NCBI GenBank assembly: GCA_002395235.1
Contig: DGWK01000008.1
Span: forward strand, 34,174-98,173
Direction: 5' to 3'
DNA: 64,000 nt
Source: Lachnospiraceae bacterium UBA4260
Lineage (GTDB): Bacteria; Bacillota; Clostridia; Lachnospirales; Lachnospiraceae
Shown here: positions 19,215 through 29,100 of the stretch, in pieces
Layout: the number at the start of each line of letters is the position of its first letter
Numbering within the stretch: the stretch's first letter is position 1
Program-made: the position numbers and the translations under genes
The notes under the pieces: generated by a model
What the model was told of the DNA's origin: nothing
The model's input: only the letters and a program-made list of their open reading frames with translations
Databases searched by the model: none

Positions 19215-20078
19215 ATGTTAGTATCTGCAAAAGAAATGACTGCTGCTGCAAGAGCCGGTCACTATGCCATCGGCGCTTTCAACCTCAACAACCTTGAGTG
19301 GACAAAGGCTGTTCTGAAGGCTGCTCAGGAGTGCAACGCACCCGTGATTGTACAGTGCTCTGAAGGCGCAGGCAAGTACATGGCCGGTTACAAGACCGTT
19401 GCCGATATGGTTAACGACGTGATCGCATCCCAGGGCATCACCGTTCCCGTAGCGCTTCACCTTGACCACGGCTCATACGAAGGGTGCCTCAAGTGCATCG
19501 ACGCCGGTTTCTCCAGCATCATGTTCGACGGCTCTCATTTCTCCATCGAAGAGAACATCGCTAAGACCAAAGAGCTGGTAGCTCTTGCTCACGAGCACGG
19601 CATGTCCATCGAGGCAGAAGTCGGCGGCATCGGCGGCGAAGAAGACGGCGTTGTCTCTCAGGGCGAGTGCGCAGATCCCGACGAGTGCAAGATGATCGCT
19701 GATCTCGGCGTAGATTTCCTTGCCTGCGGTATCGGCAACATCCACGGCAAATATCCCGCAAACTGGGCAGGCCTTCGTTTCGACGTCCTTGAGGCCATCA
19801 AGGAGAAGGTAGGCGACATGCCTCTCGTTCTTCACGGCGGTTCCGGTATCCCCACCGAGATGATCCAGAAGGCCATCAAACTTGGCGTTTCCAAGGTCAA
19901 CGTCAACACTGAGTGCCAGATCGCATTCGCAGAGGCAACCAGAAAATACATCGAAGAGGGCAAGGACCTTCAGGGCAAGGGCTTCGATCCTCGTAAGCTT
20001 CTCGCTCCCGGCGCACAGGCAATCACAGACTGCGTCAAAGAGAAGATCATCATCTTCGGTTCCGATAACAAGGCTTGA
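19215..20078 (+). CDS. fba: Class II fructose-1,6-bisphosphate aldolase
   Basis: YAIGAFNLNNLEW, VALHLDHG, MFDGSH, IGNIHGKY, LVLHGGSG; RBS AGGAGG before ATG 19215. Confidence 0.95.
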   Translation: MLVSAKEMTAAARAGHYAIGAFNLNNLEWTKAVLKAAQECNAPVIVQCSEGAGKYMAGYKTVADMVNDVIASQGITVPVALHLDHGSYEGCLKCIDAGFSSIMFDGSHFSIEENIAKTKELVALAHEHGMSIEAEVGGIGGEEDGVVSQGECADPDECKMIADLGVDFLACGIGNIHGKYPANWAGLRFDVLEAIKEKVGDMPLVLHGGSGIPTEMIQKAIKLGVSKVNVNTECQIAFAEATRKYIEEGKDLQGKGFDPRKLLAPGAQAITDCVKEKIIIFGSDNKA

Positions 20079-20128
20079 AGCTGATTTTCAGCCAAACGAT
20101 TATTGGCCAATTAATAGTGGAATAATAT

Positions 20129-20168
20129 CAGGAGGCTGTCACCGGTCGGTGACAGCCTCCTGTTTGTT
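20129..20168 (+). terminator. Rho-independent terminator after fba
   Basis: caggaggctgtcacc / ggtgacagcctcctg perfect stem followed by tttgttt. Confidence 0.85.
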
Positions 20169-20213
20169 TGCGGCAATGCCCGGCATGCGGCCGTTTATTT
20201 TCAGCGGTGCACG

Positions 20214-20537
20214 CTAAGCGGGCCGTTTCATCGCTTCTTCACGAGCAGCGTAAGGTTCTGAACTCTGAATACCATCCCTTGTAAACGGAAAGACCTCCTG
20301 GTCTTCATAGACCAGGAGGTCTTCCATTCTCACCCCCAGGATCCTGGAGAGAGCCAGGAGGTTATCAACAGTCGGCAGGCATTCACCATGCTGCCATTTA
20401 TAAATGGCCTGCGGGTACTCAAACCCAAAGTAGGTCTGGAGGTCCCGCACGCTAAGGCCGGCTTTCCGGCGGCATCTTTCGATGTTGCTGCCGGTGCCTT
20501 TGAGATTGATTACAGGGAAATAGACCATTTTTGCCAT
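20214..20537 (-). CDS. XRE/Cro-family helix-turn-helix regulator
   Basis: TGSNIERCRRKAGLSVRDLQTYFGFEYPQAIYKWQHGECLPTVDNLLALSRIL. Confidence 0.85.
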   Translation of the reverse strand: MAKMVYFPVINLKGTGSNIERCRRKAGLSVRDLQTYFGFEYPQAIYKWQHGECLPTVDNLLALSRILGVRMEDLLVYEDQEVFPFTRDGIQSSEPYAAREEAMKRPA

Positions 20538-20733
20538 ACTTTCCTCCTCTCTTGTACAGGCCTTGCTGTGCGTGCCATAGAAGTGGCGACACTATTCTTT
20601 TTTAACAACACCAACTATAGCACTTATCTTTTTGACTGTCTTTAAACCTGTAGTATAAAGGCGCCGCTGCTCCTCCGTGTCGGAAGATTGTCTCCCAGCC
20701 GGAAAGATGCGCCGCCGTGCGTACATGATGCAA

Positions 20734-20773
20734 ACGCCGCAGTCCCCAAGACAAACGCTCGGGACCGCGGCGT
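20734..20773 (-). terminator. Probable terminator hairpin downstream of the AAA/FtsH-like gene
   Basis: acgccgcagtccc / gggaccgcggcgt stem about 40 bp past the stop at 20816. Confidence 0.5.
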
Positions 20774-20815
20774 ATTATGCAGCATAATTACAATATAACC
20801 CTTTCGCTTATTCTC

Positions 20816-23800
20816 TCAACTGTTCAGAATCTCCATGATCTCTTCGCCTGTGAGGTGATTCTCTGCCAGCAGTTTCGCCGAGAGCTTCTCCACCTTGTCC
20901 TTTCCCTCTTCGATCATCCTGACCGTACCCGCCATCTCCTCCTGCAACAGGTTGTTGATCCTGAGCAGGTAATCTGAAGCCAGCGGCGTCTCCAGGATCA
21001 TTTTGAAGGGAAGTGCGATCATCTGGCCGCTCATCATGCCGTAGTCACACAGAAGGCTGCTGGCGTATCTGGTGGCGCTCTGAAGGTCGCTGGACGCTCC
21101 GGTGTTGAGGGACGCCTCCTTGCCGAAGAATACCTCTTCTGCAGCTCTGCCGCCCAACGCGCAGCGGATCTTCCAGATCAGCTCTTCCTTGGTTAAATTG
21201 GGCTTCTTCTCGCTGTTCTCGTGGGCCATGTAGCCGCCGAAATCGCCTCTCGACTCAATCGTGACATAGGAAGGCCTCTCCCCGGAGAGCCAGGCAATAT
21301 AGGCGTGCCCGGACTCATGGACGGATACCGACCTGTAATAGGCCTCGCTCCACTCTCTCTTTTCGCCGTAATTGAACTCTTCCAGTGCTGTCAGAAGATC
21401 GTCCCCGGTCGGCCGGCGGCCGTCATTGTCCGCGTTTCTGACCGCGAGGTCTATCACGTTCTGAAGGATCGCAAGGCTGGTTCCCGGCGTTCTGGTCGCG
21501 ATATTATGAATGACATCCTTGCTGATCTCTTCGAATCTCTTTTTCTCTGTGAGAATTCTCAGATACTTTTCTCTCTCCTCCTCGTTGGGGAGGTCGACGA
21601 GAATTCGGTTGTCGAACCTGCGGACAAGGGCCGGATCCAGCGACATGGGCCTTCCCTGTGACGGCTCTATATTGTAGTTGGTCGCCGCAAGCACAAATAC
21701 AGGATTGTTGAGATCCACCGTAAAACCGTCCATCTCCGTGAGCAGCGCATTCAGCGCGGACTCGGTGTGAGATTCTCCCGTCCTTGTCTTGCCGATCGCG
21801 TCGATCTCGTCAATAAAGATGATCGCCGGCGCATACTTTCTGGCTCTGTTAAAGATCGCGCGGATATTTGCCTCACTCTGTCCCACCCATTTGCTGAGGA
21901 ATGCTGTGGCATTTGTCTGAATGAAGGATACGTTGGATTCTCCTGCCATTGCTCTCGCCAGCATGGTCTTGCCGGTTCCGGGCGGTCCGTACAGGAGCAC
22001 GCCTTTGGGCGCCTTGCGGCCTTCCCTGACATACTTTCTGGGATTTGTCAAAAATCGAATGAAGGTCTTCAGCTCTTTTTTGGCATTTTCAGCGCCGATC
22101 ACGTCGTCAAATCGCTCCTTGGGCCGGGCTGCATCCGACAGAACCGTTGAAGCACTCTCCGCATCAATCGCCTGTTTCTTCTTAAAGCCATGATACCTGA
22201 TGACCAGTGTCCCGTCCGAGACGACCTGCGCAGTATTGTAGTCCAGCACATAGCCGTGCTTGGAGAACTCTCTGCTCTGGCGGTCAAGGAACACCGAATC
22301 GGACAGCTTCCTGACGGACTCCCGCACTGTCTCCTCGTCGTTATCCACAATAGAGATCACGCCTTCCGCTCCTCTTTGGATAAAGAGGCCAATGTCTGTC
22401 TCCTGGTACTTTTCTCCTGCTTCGATCAGGTAGATCGGAATATTCGTTCCTTCTTCCACGACCGCGCCGAAAGCATCCAGGCCAAAAGAGTGGTAGTCAT
22501 CCAGGCTTATGCCGCCTGTGCCGTCCATTTCAAGGCCCTTCTTAAGATCGATCAGAATGAGAGCGAGCCCCATGCTGACCATCTCTCTTACCTGCGCGAT
22601 ACTGTCAAAGAAATGAACCGTATATTTCTCCTCCGGCAGTTTAAAGGAAGGACGGTCCTCCTCTCGGCAGACTACGCCGATCTCCAGCTTCTCCGGATTC
22701 TCAAAAAGCCTTCTGATCTCCTCAGGAACATCTTCCATGTCCATGCCGAGTTCAAATCTCAGATCACTTACGTCCTCCATCAGATCCGGATGACTTTCGA
22801 GCTGTCTGGAAAGTTCAAAGAGCTCATTCTTTATGAAATTATCGCCCTGCTTTGTGGCGATCCTGGCATCCATTGATGCGCCGTGATGGAACATGAACAG
22901 CGAAGAGAGCCTTTCGTCCATGGATACTTTATAGCCGTAAGTCTCCTCGACCTGCGCTGCCGTCCTGGCGAATTTCTCCTCAACGATGGAGACCATCGCG
23001 CGGCTGCCCAGATGGTTGAACATGATCACATTTCCGGCCGCGATCCTGGAGCAGATCGCTTCAGGGAATACCTTCTCCCCTGTCGTCGGGTTTGTCTCAT
23101 TTTTCAGAGCGCTCAGGATCACCGATTTCGGAGTGGAAGAAATCGTTCCGTAATTGCCCTCGTAGATACTGCGGCAGGCATTGGAAGTAAAGATAATGAT
23201 CGCCTGATCGAATTTCGTCTTTGTCTTTTTGAAGACGTTATCACAGCTGGCCTGGTCCAGGATCTGCAAAAAGATCTGGATCGTATTCCGGCTCGCCTTC
23301 TCAATCTCGTCAAAGATGAGCAGACATCTGGGGTTCTCGTCCACGAACTTGACCAGTTTCCCCTCATTGGCCGGGCTTCCGTTGTTGTAGAGCGCCGATA
23401 CGCCGATCAGCCCTTCATGGGCCTGGAAAGAGGAATACTCGCTCATATTGAAGGTTTCGTAAGGAAGTCCCATACTGTCCGCTGCGGTCTCAGCGAGCAG
23501 CGTCTTTCCGACGCCGGGAGGACCCACGAACAGGAAGGATGCCTTGGGCGTCTTGCGCTTTTCTTTATTGTCAAGGACCACGCCCTGGTAAACGCCCTGT
23601 ACAAACTCCGTGACAGGTCCCTGCTGGCTCTTAACAGTCTCCAGAAGATCCATTCGGAGCTTTCTGCAGGTCTCGGCGAGCTTTACGAACTTCTCTTTTT
23701 TCTCCTCCGGCGTCTCTTCCTTCTTCTCGAAGGTAAAGGAACCTGTCTGTTCTTCCTTCGGCGCCTCCGGGGCGGGCTGCGCAGACTGTGCGCTCCTGTC

Positions 23801-24346
23801 CGCCTCTTTCTTCGCAGGCTCACCCGCCTCTGCTTTCGCAGCTTCTGCCGCAGGTGCATCCTGCTTTTCCTTCTCCTCTTTCTCAGCCTTCGCCTTTGCT
23901 ATGAGTTCTTCCCGGATCTTATCCGTCGACTCCTTCAGCCGATCAGAAAGAGCGAATACATCATTGATCGAATTTCCCGTCGCAAATGCGGCCAGGATAT
24001 CGTCATTTTCTCTGTAGTAACCCGTCAAAATATCGTACGAAGAAGGCAGATCGACAACTTCTATGTCCTTTATGTCCCCGTTCAGCCACAGTGTTTCGAT
24101 ATAGCTGAACAAAAGAGGCATCCCGGTCTTGATCAGCTTCGTGTCCAGTCTCTTTTCTCCGAAAAAACGGACCGCATTCTTCCAGTCTTCCGACGGATCC
24201 TCCGGGCAGACGATCCCGCGCATTGTCTCATCCATTTCGACGAAGCTGGAATATCCGTAGTAAAGATGATAGGCTGTGATCGCACCGTCGCGAAACGAAT
24301 TCTTGCCGGCTAAGGACAAAGCCGCCTTTAATACATTGTTGTTCAC
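20816..24346 (-). CDS. Soluble fusion of ClpA/B-type AAA+, receiver-like domain, FtsH-type AAA+ and M41 zinc peptidase
   Basis: AAA 1: GPPGVGKT, LLIFDEIEKA. Middle: ALILIDL...IPIYLI...GAEGVI (CheY-like pattern). AAA 2: RFDDVIGAENAKKEL, GVLLYGPPGTGKT, IFIDEIDAIG, LDPALVRRFD. Peptidase: HESGH and ALGGRAAEEVFFG. No TM helix seen. Confidence 0.85.
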   Translation of the reverse strand: MNNNVLKAALSLAGKNSFRDGAITAYHLYYGYSSFVEMDETMRGIVCPEDPSEDWKNAVRFFGEKRLDTKLIKTGMPLLFSYIETLWLNGDIKDIEVVDLPSSYDILTGYYRENDDILAAFATGNSINDVFALSDRLKESTDKIREELIAKAKAEKEEKEKQDAPAAEAAKAEAGEPAKKEADRSAQSAQPAPEAPKEEQTGSFTFEKKEETPEEKKEKFVKLAETCRKLRMDLLETVKSQQGPVTEFVQGVYQGVVLDNKEKRKTPKASFLFVGPPGVGKTLLAETAADSMGLPYETFNMSEYSSFQAHEGLIGVSALYNNGSPANEGKLVKFVDENPRCLLIFDEIEKASRNTIQIFLQILDQASCDNVFKKTKTKFDQAIIIFTSNACRSIYEGNYGTISSTPKSVILSALKNETNPTTGEKVFPEAICSRIAAGNVIMFNHLGSRAMVSIVEEKFARTAAQVEETYGYKVSMDERLSSLFMFHHGASMDARIATKQGDNFIKNELFELSRQLESHPDLMEDVSDLRFELGMDMEDVPEEIRRLFENPEKLEIGVVCREEDRPSFKLPEEKYTVHFFDSIAQVREMVSMGLALILIDLKKGLEMDGTGGISLDDYHSFGLDAFGAVVEEGTNIPIYLIEAGEKYQETDIGLFIQRGAEGVISIVDNDEETVRESVRKLSDSVFLDRQSREFSKHGYVLDYNTAQVVSDGTLVIRYHGFKKKQAIDAESASTVLSDAARPKERFDDVIGAENAKKELKTFIRFLTNPRKYVREGRKAPKGVLLYGPPGTGKTMLARAMAGESNVSFIQTNATAFLSKWVGQSEANIRAIFNRARKYAPAIIFIDEIDAIGKTRTGESHTESALNALLTEMDGFTVDLNNPVFVLAATNYNIEPSQGRPMSLDPALVRRFDNRILVDLPNEEEREKYLRILTEKKRFEEISKDVIHNIATRTPGTSLAILQNVIDLAVRNADNDGRRPTGDDLLTALEEFNYGEKREWSEAYYRSVSVHESGHAYIAWLSGERPSYVTIESRGDFGGYMAHENSEKKPNLTKEELIWKIRCALGGRAAEEVFFGKEASLNTGASSDLQSATRYASSLLCDYGMMSGQMIALPFKMILETPLASDYLLRINNLLQEEMAGTVRMIEEGKDKVEKLSAKLLAENHLTGEEIMEILNS

Positions 24347-24502
24347 TGAATATCTCCCTTATTTCAAGCAAGGCTCTCAACGCGAGCCGCCGCGCCGCGC
24401 GCCGCCGGCACGCAGTGGGTAAACATACAGCAGCCGAACCACTCTGAGGATCCGGCTGCTGTGATTATCTGTTCTATATCAACTACCGATCAGACCGGCT
24501 TG

Positions 24503-24910
24503 TCACATGTACAGAGATCTCATGAACTCGGGATAAGCGTCATCACAGATCAGCAGCATTCTGTACATAAGGCCGAAGGTCTCATCGCCGCAGGTGCTGG
24601 GCTCAACAACCGCGTCGTCTGCCAGTGTCACTGTCATGTCATTCTCGTCGACATAGAATTTTACCCAGCTGTATTTCTTGTTCATCTGGGAGCAGAGTCT
24701 GAGAATGTTATTCATCTTGTCATCCGGAACTCTGATATAATTGAAGGACCTGAGGTGAACTTCATTTCTTTCTTCCTCAATGTGAATGTAAAGGTCGATC
24801 TTCTGCGCATTCTTGCCGCTGAATCCGGTCTTGATCAATGTTCCGTCCGGGGTTGCCTGATAGTGCCAGCCCTTAGAATCCATGTACTTACAAATCATTT
24901 CACAAAGCAT
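24503..24910 (-). CDS. YbjN-like protein (type III chaperone-like fold)
   Basis: Size 135 aa; pattern ILRLCSQMNKKYSWVKFYVDEND. Confidence 0.7.
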   Translation of the reverse strand: MLCEMICKYMDSKGWHYQATPDGTLIKTGFSGKNAQKIDLYIHIEEERNEVHLRSFNYIRVPDDKMNNILRLCSQMNKKYSWVKFYVDENDMTVTLADDAVVEPSTCGDETFGLMYRMLLICDDAYPEFMRSLYM

Positions 24911-25106
24911 CCTTAACTCCTTTCTGACTGTAAAACAGACAGTGACCTTTTTTACGCTTATTAGATTATACTAAATATTCAGCAACTTGAACAGATAATT
25001 AAACTGAAAGATTAAGTAATTGTGCATTTCATTCATAAAGAAAGCACGAACTATCCGATTATTCCTTTATATCGGACTTTAAGATTCAGAGAATGCTCAG
25101 CCGCCC

Positions 25107-26138
25107 TCACCACTGATAAGAGTTCTTTGCCGAAACAGGATATTCCGCCGTGTCCCAGACCCTGGACTGCTCCATATAATCATCTGAGACCAGCAGGAAC
25201 TGCTCTCTGTCTCCTCCGCCGTCGTTCCAGCAGGCGTCCATGTGATACCAGGCCCCGTCATACTTGACCATGTTCCAGGCGTGTCCGCCCCCCGGCGTAT
25301 CTCCCCAGATGTTTATGCAGTCAACGCCGTATTCATTCAGCAGAAGCTCACACGCTCTCGCGTATCCCTCGCAAACAGCACTGTGTTCTCTGAAAAGGCC
25401 ATATGCAGTGTGTGACTGGGGCGAATATCCTTCCAACACTCCGGGGTATTTCGAAAGATCCTGCGGCGGATACTCGTTATTGTCACACAGATAATCGTTG
25501 ACGGCCACGATGATCTCAAGATCTGATTTTCCTTTAAGATTCAGCTCACTCAGTGCGTCTTTCACAAGCTGCCGGGTCTCCTGCTTGATGCGCACAAGCT
25601 CAGAGACCGGAAGATCATATTCCAACACCAGCGTCCCCGAGTTTCCCGAGCTTGCCATACCATAGGTTCTTACGCATATACCGTCAATGGAATCCTTGCG
25701 CATTGCCCTGTCCAGAACTTTCAGGTAGATATCAAAGTCAAAAGTATAGCCGTTTACTAGCGTATACTGCGCCGTTGTCTTTGTCTCATCCATCATCCAG
25801 GCAAGGATTTTCTCGAGATCCTCATCCGAGCCGATCGTATCGTTCCCCGTCGTATCGAGCTGATCATCCTCGTCGGTCTGGTCTATAATAACCTGCGCTT
25901 CATCTTCCTCGATCGGCTCAGGCTGCTTGCGCATAGCGGAATAGGAGTCAATCAGTTCCTGCAGCATCTTGGCCGAATTGCCCGGCAGCTCATATTCGAC
26001 CTCTTCTTTCCCGTCCGCATAGCTGTCCGAGCCTGCCTGCAGCATATCAGACGGATTCTGGTCATTTCCTCCACAGCCGGCGAGCAGTGCAAGGCAGGAT
26101 AATACCACAAGAATTACTGACCATATTCTTTTTTTCAC
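25107..26138 (-). CDS. Lipoprotein with transglutaminase-like (Cys-His-Asp) domain
   Basis: Signal peptide with lipobox LLAG|C; AVCEGYA, GHAWNMV, MDACWND. Confidence 0.85.
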   Translation of the reverse strand: MKKRIWSVILVVLSCLALLAGCGGNDQNPSDMLQAGSDSYADGKEEVEYELPGNSAKMLQELIDSYSAMRKQPEPIEEDEAQVIIDQTDEDDQLDTTGNDTIGSDEDLEKILAWMMDETKTTAQYTLVNGYTFDFDIYLKVLDRAMRKDSIDGICVRTYGMASSGNSGTLVLEYDLPVSELVRIKQETRQLVKDALSELNLKGKSDLEIIVAVNDYLCDNNEYPPQDLSKYPGVLEGYSPQSHTAYGLFREHSAVCEGYARACELLLNEYGVDCINIWGDTPGGGHAWNMVKYDGAWYHMDACWNDGGGDREQFLLVSDDYMEQSRVWDTAEYPVSAKNSYQW

Positions 26139-26159
26139 AGCTTACCCTTCCTTTCCGGT

Positions 26160-29100
26160 CTATTTCTTTCCTTCGACCATCAATTTGAACGCTTCGAACG
26201 GATTTACATGGCTGCCTTCGCTTTCCAGAGTCTTCATATATTCTTTGAATGCCTTGAATCCTTCCCCGTATTCGTCTTTTCTCGCCATGAGTTCCTCTTC
26301 CATAGCATCTGCATAATCCGACTCGCCGAAATCGCGCATGGCACTTACTTCCACATAGCTGGCATGACCTTCCATGGCCACGAGGCCTCCACCCGGTCCG
26401 AGCTTATTCAGCTTCTTCAAGCCAATCTCCTCAAACTGCCAGTAATGCGTCAGCTCGTGGATCAGTGTCGACTGCACTGTGTTTCTAGGGCCGCGCGCCT
26501 CAATCCACAGCGCCTTCTTTCTGCCTCTGTCCTTGCGTTCACAGAAACCGAGCACTCTATCGTAAGGGCTGCCCTTCCCTATTCTCTTACGAATCGCTTC
26601 CGCGCTCGCGAATCGAAGATGCAGATTCTTCGGACGTCTGACTCCGTAGTGATAATACATATTATTTACTACCGTCTCATATAGCTGCCGGATCTCATCC
26701 TCCTGCCGGATCATCTGATTTTCACAGTCTCTGCAGATGCGGCGTCCGTCGTGCATCTCCTTCCAGAACACTGTCGGTTTACCGCAAAAAGAGCATCTAA
26801 TCCCGCCGGGGATATCGGGGGCCGTGGCAAAGCCTTCAGATTCCTCAAGCTTGGGCAGAAAGCTTTCACAGAATGATTCCAGCTCTGCAGAGGCGAAGAA
26901 CGCGGGCAAGGTATCCAATCCCAGATGCAGGAAACCGCCTTCTGTTTTTCCTGCCGGATCTGATGAAGCAAACCGCCTGTTATACCATTTCAGATAGTTG
27001 TCTACGATTCGGAACACTTTTATCCTGTTTTGATACAGACTTGAGATCATTCCCAATTCGATAGCGCTGTATTCAACAATATACAGCGATATTTTTTCCT
27101 CATCAGTGGAACTGTCTGCGATCTCTTCCATTTTTCCCGGACGGATGAAGGGGACTATACTATGGATCTTCTCCTCCGCTGACGCAGCGGCCGTGTCTTT
27201 AAAGAGTTTCGTCCAGTAATCATCTGACGCGTCAAATCGGGTGATGACAAACAGGTTCATATAACTGTCCGGGAACAGCGTTTTGAACAACTCCTGCATC
27301 ATGAACGCCAGAAGAAGGACCATTTGTTCTGCTTTATCTCCGGCCACCCTGCATGGGATCCGAATCTCCAGCATCTGAATGCTGTTCTTAACCTCTACGA
27401 GATCATTTCCTTCTTTTCCGTAGCGGTCATAAACTCTGCTGAGGGACATGCCCGCCTCAGCACCAAGATTGATTCCCCTGTCACTGCTCCAATAACCTTT
27501 GATAATTCGTTTGACATTGTTTGCCAGGTAGACGTTAAAATCAAGTACATCGTAATCCACACAATGATCAACGATCTGTCTGTTTCCGATTTCAAATTCA
27601 CTCGACTGATAATAGCTTTTGTGGCTTTCGGAAGCTACGTTTTCCGTGTAGACGATTCCATCCTCGATATTGAGTACATTGCGGAGAACACCTTTGATAG
27701 AGACAACCTGGTCTCGCAGGAAATAATTCATTACGTTATCTCGCAGTACAGGGATCTCTTCCACAGTCTCAGATGCCTTATGGTTCAGCTTAACAAACGA
27801 AGTCTGCCTGACCAGCTCCTTTTTAATCGCCTCGTTAATGAGGGTGATCGTCACCTGTCTCTCATATTCGTCAGTTGCCGCATTAAAGACAGTTTCTTCG
27901 CTGAAGTGGAAATGCTCATAGATATTATGATTTCTCTTTTTATCTTTGAGCACACTATTTAAAGCTACCCGGAGCAGATTGCCTATTCCTTTATAGTCCC
28001 AACCGTATTCTCTGCTTCTCTCCATGACATCTTTTTCCAGCATACCTGTATTGGCCATCTGCAGAAGAAGTGCCTGGAAGCGGCTGTGGTCGAGGTTGGA
28101 ACGCCAGCCGATCAAAGGCGCATAGTCGTTTTCTCTCCGGATCAGTTCTTCAATATTTTCAGCAAAATAATCTCTTAAAAGATACTGAGGCGAAACGATG
28201 TGGATCAGGGTACCTTTTTTTCCTCCGTATTTTAACCAGTTCCACAGTGTATTATACAGATTGAAATGATCATCATACAGAATGATCATATCCAGGTTTT
28301 CTTTCTCCAGGATATCTGAATAGTCATTGATCCGGATCCACTGAGAATAATCAGTATCTCTTCTTAAAAACCGGCGTATTTCCCTCTGATTGGCGCTCAA
28401 TGCCTTTCTATATGTCAAAAGAGGTTTGCTCTCTCCTGCATATACATGGACAGAAGGAAATTCCACGCCGACCGCGATCAGGGCTAACGTCATAGAAACG
28501 CCAATGTATTCCGAAAGGTCGCCGCCTATCCCCAATCGCCTCTGCGTTCTGTAATACCCCTCTTCGGCCCAGGCCATCACATAAGTTTCCACCTGATTGC
28601 CGACGTTCTTAAATGGGGTGATATCTTTACCGATGTAAGTTCCGAAACTTGCTTCCAGCGTCGGACTCTCCACTTCAGATACCAGCACATACTGATACTC
28701 TTTCTCAAACTCCTTCGAAATTCTCGAAAATTCGGAGAAGATCATTTCTTTGTGAATATTGCTGTATGCGCTGAATGTGACGGCTCTGTCGATCACTATC
28801 ATCTTCAGATTTTTGAAAAAGTCTTTTCTTTTGGCCAGCAGTTTGTAGCTGACAAGATCCTGAAAACCTATGACAAGAATATGGATCGTCTCATTGTTAG
28901 CAGCTTTGTCGCGGCCGCCCACGCTCCACATACACGTAACTCTATTGATTCGTTCAAGTCTCTCATCGACAATCCTTTGAAGTTCAACCGCACGCTCGTT
29001 GTCCATGCAGAGGATCAAAAAAGTGTCCCCTTCCGTGCAATAATAATTCATATACGCGCACAGATAAGTCAGGATCTCACCCTGCAGATAATCTCTGATA

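Noticed and set aside
20816-24346. Housekeeping ftsH or clpB
   Set aside because: Lacks the FtsH TM anchor and the ClpB N-domain/D1/M-domain; it is a hybrid architecture.
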